Source: an uncultured delta proteobacterium
GTDB lineage: Bacteria; Myxococcota_A; Polyangia; Fen-1088
Reading direction: 5' to 3'
DNA length: 64,000 nucleotides
Assembly (NCBI GenBank): GCA_963796685.1
Contig: CAWCMR010000013.1
Span: 352,001 to 416,000 of the forward strand
The position numbers and the translations under genes were made by a program. The notes below the pieces were generated by a model. That model was not told the origin of the DNA. It made no database searches and was given only the letters and a program-made list of their open reading frames with translations. Positions 60,800 through 64,000 of the stretch are shown here, piece after piece (within the stretch, counting starts at the first letter, position 1; the number at the start of each line of letters is the position of its first letter).

Positions 60800-62491
60800 C
60801 TACTTTGGCGTCAGCTTCATGACCGTACCATCTCCGTAATTCGTCCAGTAGACACTTGTCGCATCAGCGGCAATGTCGTGGGGCTGGTTCTGACCGGATG
60901 CAAGAGTTGTCGGAGTGCCACCATCGATGGAAACCTTCATCACCGTGCCGCTGGACGTGTAGATCGTCCAGTAGACACTGCTGGGGTCCAAGGCGATGCC
61001 CTGGACGCCGGATTGCCCCGTCGCGAGTGTAGTAGGAGTACCTCCGCTGGTCGCCACCTTCATCACCGTGCCGTCGCCGTTTATCCAGTAGACGCTGGTA
61101 CTGTCTACGGCTAGCGCGACTGGCGTGTTCTGGCCCGATGCAAGAGTTGTCGGGGTGCCGCCGCCAATCGGCACCTTCATCACGGTGCCCGCTGAACCGG
61201 AGCTCGTGTTGTTCGCCCAATACACGTTCGCAGCATCAACGGCTACGCCCTGGGGGGCGGTTTGGCCCGAAGCGAGGGTAGTGGCTGTGCCACCGCCAAT
61301 GGGCACTTTCATCACCGTGCCTTGCGATGGGACGCCTGTTTGAAAACCAGTCCAGTAGACGCTCTTTGCGTCAACGACAATGTAGTTGGGGGAGTACGAG
61401 GAAGCTATCTGCGTCGCGGATCCGCCGCCAACTGGCACCATTTGCACCTGACCAGATTCATACATCGTAAAGTAAACGTTTGAGGCATAAACGGCGATTC
61501 GATAGGGGGGGAAGCTCTGTCCACCTTTGAAGGATGTCCCCGTGAGGGCCGTCGAAGCGCCGCCAGCGATTGGCACCTCCATTACTGTGTCATTAGTGCA
61601 AGTCGTAGAAAGGTCCGCGTTCTTGGTACACGTCCCCTCGGTAGTCCAGTAGACATTCGCGCTGTCAACGGCAATGCCAAAGGGGCCGACTTGGCCTGAA
61701 GCCAGGGTCGTAAGGGTGCGCCCACCGCCAGTACCCGTCGCGCCACCCGACCCCACCATCCCGCCAGTGCTTGTGGTTCCGCCCATACCCACCACTGTTC
61801 CACCGGTGCCCGAGGCCCCACCCGTGCCCGGTGGACCATCTGGAACAACATCGGCGACGTAGAGTGCATCGGGTGTTGCCATATCCACTGCTGACTCAAC
61901 CTGGGAGTCGGTGTCCCTGCCAGCTTCGAAGGCGGCCCTATCGATGAATGAATCGACAACATCAATAGCATCCACCCCCCTAAGGTCCGCCATCGTAGCG
62001 TCCGGAGCGCCCGCATCGACCTGTGGACCCTCAGCCTGGCAGAGGAAGTCGCAGCCATCGAAGGAGAACTCGTTGCCATCGTCGCAGCTCTCGCCTGGAT
62101 CTATGCCGCCGTTCCCGCACACGGATGCCCCGGCAACCAGGCTGACCGAGGCGGTCGCGGTGCCTCCAACCACGATGACGGCCCGGGCGGTGCCATGTGA
62201 CACGCTGGTTCCGGTGTAGTCGAGACCATCGAACGCCAAGTCGAGTCTTCCCGTGCGAGATCGCGGCACGACGATCACCAGGGACGAGGAGGCAGGAATC
62301 GGGCTCGATGAAGGCGTGGCTGAATAGGTCTTGGTGTCCTGCGCCTGCGCGGTGGACATGGCAACGCGGAGTGAATAGACCGATTGCACGTTCGAGTCGA
62401 TGGATACGTTCACCAGCACCACCGAATCCGACTGTTTGCACGCGGAAAGACCCACCAGAAAAGCGGTGACGAGAAGCAGCCGCGTCTTCAT
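60800..62491 (-). CDS. lipoprotein with myxobacterial Cys-rich repeat, Gly/Thr linker and VYWT beta-propeller repeats
   Basis: GLSAC lipobox; CGNGGIDPGESCDDGN..DGCDFLC; repeats IAVDxxxVYWT..GTVMKVxxxGGTPTTLASGQ. Confidence 0.82.
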   Translation of the reverse strand: MKTRLLLVTAFLVGLSACKQSDSVVLVNVSIDSNVQSVYSLRVAMSTAQAQDTKTYSATPSSSPIPASSSLVIVVPRSRTGRLDLAFDGLDYTGTSVSHGTARAVIVVGGTATASVSLVAGASVCGNGGIDPGESCDDGNEFSFDGCDFLCQAEGPQVDAGAPDATMADLRGVDAIDVVDSFIDRAAFEAGRDTDSQVESAVDMATPDALYVADVVPDGPPGTGGASGTGGTVVGMGGTTSTGGMVGSGGATGTGGGRTLTTLASGQVGPFGIAVDSANVYWTTEGTCTKNADLSTTCTNDTVMEVPIAGGASTALTGTSFKGGQSFPPYRIAVYASNVYFTMYESGQVQMVPVGGGSATQIASSYSPNYIVVDAKSVYWTGFQTGVPSQGTVMKVPIGGGTATTLASGQTAPQGVAVDAANVYWANNTSSGSAGTVMKVPIGGGTPTTLASGQNTPVALAVDSTSVYWINGDGTVMKVATSGGTPTTLATGQSGVQGIALDPSSVYWTIYTSSGTVMKVSIDGGTPTTLASGQNQPHDIAADATSVYWTNYGDGTVMKLTPK

Positions 62492-63189
62492 GGTAAGGCC
62501 CTCTGCGAACCCAAGGTGGAGCCTGGGATCTTCGTGGGATCGCGCTCGGCCATGATGATGACCACCGTGGCGGTGCCCGCGGCCACAGCCCCCACGGCGG
62601 TCCAGAACCACCACCGCCTGTAGATGGGGCCGCTGGTCTCGGGTGCCGTTTCATCCTGCGCGCTGACATCGACGCCCGCCGCCGAAACAGAGGTCGCCGC
62701 AGTCTGAGCCGCCACCTTCTGCTGCGCCTCGGGCGAGACGGGTGATGGCTGAAGCTTGGTGGCGCTCGAGCTCGCGATGGATGCGCTCTCGGCGTCGCGG
62801 ATGGCTTCGAGCTCCGAGATCCGCTTCTCGACTTCCTCACGGTTCTTGGCGTCGGGGGCGCGGCGCAGATAGGATTGATAGAAGGTGATGGCCTCATCAG
62901 CGTGCCCGAGCTTCCGATGGCACTGGGCGATGTTGTAGAGGAAGACCGGGTCGGGCTTGTTGCGGTAGGCTTCCTTGAACTCGGTTAGCGCGGGCTCGTA
63001 CTCGGACAGGTCGAAGTGGCGAACTCCGGCCTCGTAGTGCATTTTTGCGGCTGGCGCGTCGTCCTCGGCGAAAGCCGTCGCGGGGAACGATGCGACCGAC
63101 AGCGCAAGCGCCACGACAGCCGCCATGTGACTGTGCCACCAATGCCCATTCGACGTTTCCATTTGCCTCCAGGGATGGGGCAGCACCAT
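62488..63189 (-). CDS. TPR protein with C-terminal TM helix
   Basis: ALTEFKEAY..LYNIAQCHRKLG..YQSYLR; PIYRRWWFW TM; ATGA-coupled to the lipoprotein. Confidence 0.82.
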   Translation of the reverse strand: MVLPHPWRQMETSNGHWWHSHMAAVVALALSVASFPATAFAEDDAPAAKMHYEAGVRHFDLSEYEPALTEFKEAYRNKPDPVFLYNIAQCHRKLGHADEAITFYQSYLRRAPDAKNREEVEKRISELEAIRDAESASIASSSATKLQPSPVSPEAQQKVAAQTAATSVSAAGVDVSAQDETAPETSGPIYRRWWFWTAVGAVAAGTATVVIIMAERDPTKIPGSTLGSQRALP

Positions 63190-63261
63190 CGACCGATGCG
63201 CCCGATCACGTCATGATTACAAGCCCATCTCTACCGAGCGTCAAGGCCTCCGTTGCCACCA

Positions 63262-63445
63262 TGATCCGTGATAGCCGCAGAAGGTCGTGGTCGGTTGTAA
63301 TTGCTGTCGGCCACGGCCACGGCCACGGTAAGCCGTCTACGTCTACGACCACCCGTCATCGCTCCGATTAGGTGCGTGCATCTGTTGTGGAAAGGTGTCT
63401 TCTTCTGGTACCTTCCCCGCTGTCACTCTTCTTGTCGCGGGATTG
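63262..63445. mobile_element. MITE-like repeat, copy 2 (degenerate ends)
   Basis: direct-orientation homologue of 58039-58242. Confidence 0.72.
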
Positions 63446-63472
63446 CGTTACCACCCCGACTTGATCACGTTC

Positions 63473-64000
63473 TCATAATCTCACCGCCGAGATGACGCCG
63501 TCGATGCCCTGGATGGCGCGCAGGACCTTCAGCAGCTGGTCGACGTGGCTGACCGTGACCTGGAAGGTGTTGAGACCACGATTGTCCTCGGTGGCGCGGC
63601 ACTTGGCCTGCGCGATGTTCACCCCGTGCTCCATGAAGCACTTGGAAAGTGCCGCCAGGATGCCGGGTTTGTCCTCGGAGATGACCTCCACGGCAACGGG
63701 TCGTAGCAAGCGGGTCTCCTCGTCCCAGCTGACGTCGACGCTGCGAGCCGGGTCCAAGTTGAAGGCCTTCGGGCACTGACGGGTATGAACGATTACCCCT
63801 CTCCCCCGGCTGATGAAGGCCACGATGGCGTCGCCGGGAACCGGGCTGCAGCACTTGGCAAAGCGAACCACGATGTCGGCTTCGCCCTGTACACGCACGC
63901 CTCCGACGGATTGCTTGGGCTCGCGTCTCGGCTGCGCACGTGCTTCCTCTTCGATGAGGGGAAGGTTGTCCGAGGTTGCGTCGGGCGTCTGCAACTGGGG
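63473..64000 (-). CDS. RelA/SpoT (p)ppGpp synthetase/hydrolase, C-terminal part
   Basis: AKCCSPVPGDAIVAFISRGRGVIVHTRQC plus ACT domain (DKPGILA). Confidence 0.92.
   Translation of the reverse strand, partial: PQLQTPDATSDNLPLIEEEARAQPRREPKQSVGGVRVQGEADIVVRFAKCCSPVPGDAIVAFISRGRGVIVHTRQCPKAFNLDPARSVDVSWDEETRLLRPVAVEVISEDKPGILAALSKCFMEHGVNIAQAKCRATEDNRGLNTFQVTVSHVDQLLKVLRAIQGIDGVISAVRL

Noticed and set aside
60800-61750. DNA-level tandem repeat or diversity-generating locus
   Set aside because: The repeats are coding beta-propeller blades with synonymous divergence; there is no reverse transcriptase or template repeat.

Overview
High-GC bacterial chromosome segment with a Myxococcota (Polyangia/Haliangiales-like) gene repertoire; the taxonomy is inferred from gene content only. 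The left third is housekeeping: argS-SPOR, frameshifted tamB and tamA/bamA-like genes, comF, tRNA-Val, thrS-infC-rpmI-rplT-pheS-pheT-ihfA-merR-tRNA-Pro-surE-nlpD-apt. An IS4 relic and accessory genes follow. A ~10.5 kb capsid-less integrative element (31243-41789, PICI/phage-satellite-like) sits in tRNA-Arg(CCT). It carries a tyrosine integrase, a P4-type primase-helicase with an embedded iteron origin, an excisionase, a DUF5681/TerS-like protein, RHH and XRE regulators and two lipoproteins. Unusually, it duplicates the 5' half of the tRNA. Further right are fcl-gmd and a 28-bp XerC/XerD dif-type site with an orphan IS1202-type end 5 bp away. After that come signalling genes, tmk, a probable pseudokinase, two copies of a ~200-bp MITE-like repeat flanking an AAA-ATPase/DUF4276 pair and a TPR-lipoprotein module, and the 3' end of relA/spoT. 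All five single-base frameshifts found can be repaired to an AGCT core, which suggests methylation-linked sequencing errors. All family assignments come from reading motifs by eye; no searches were run.
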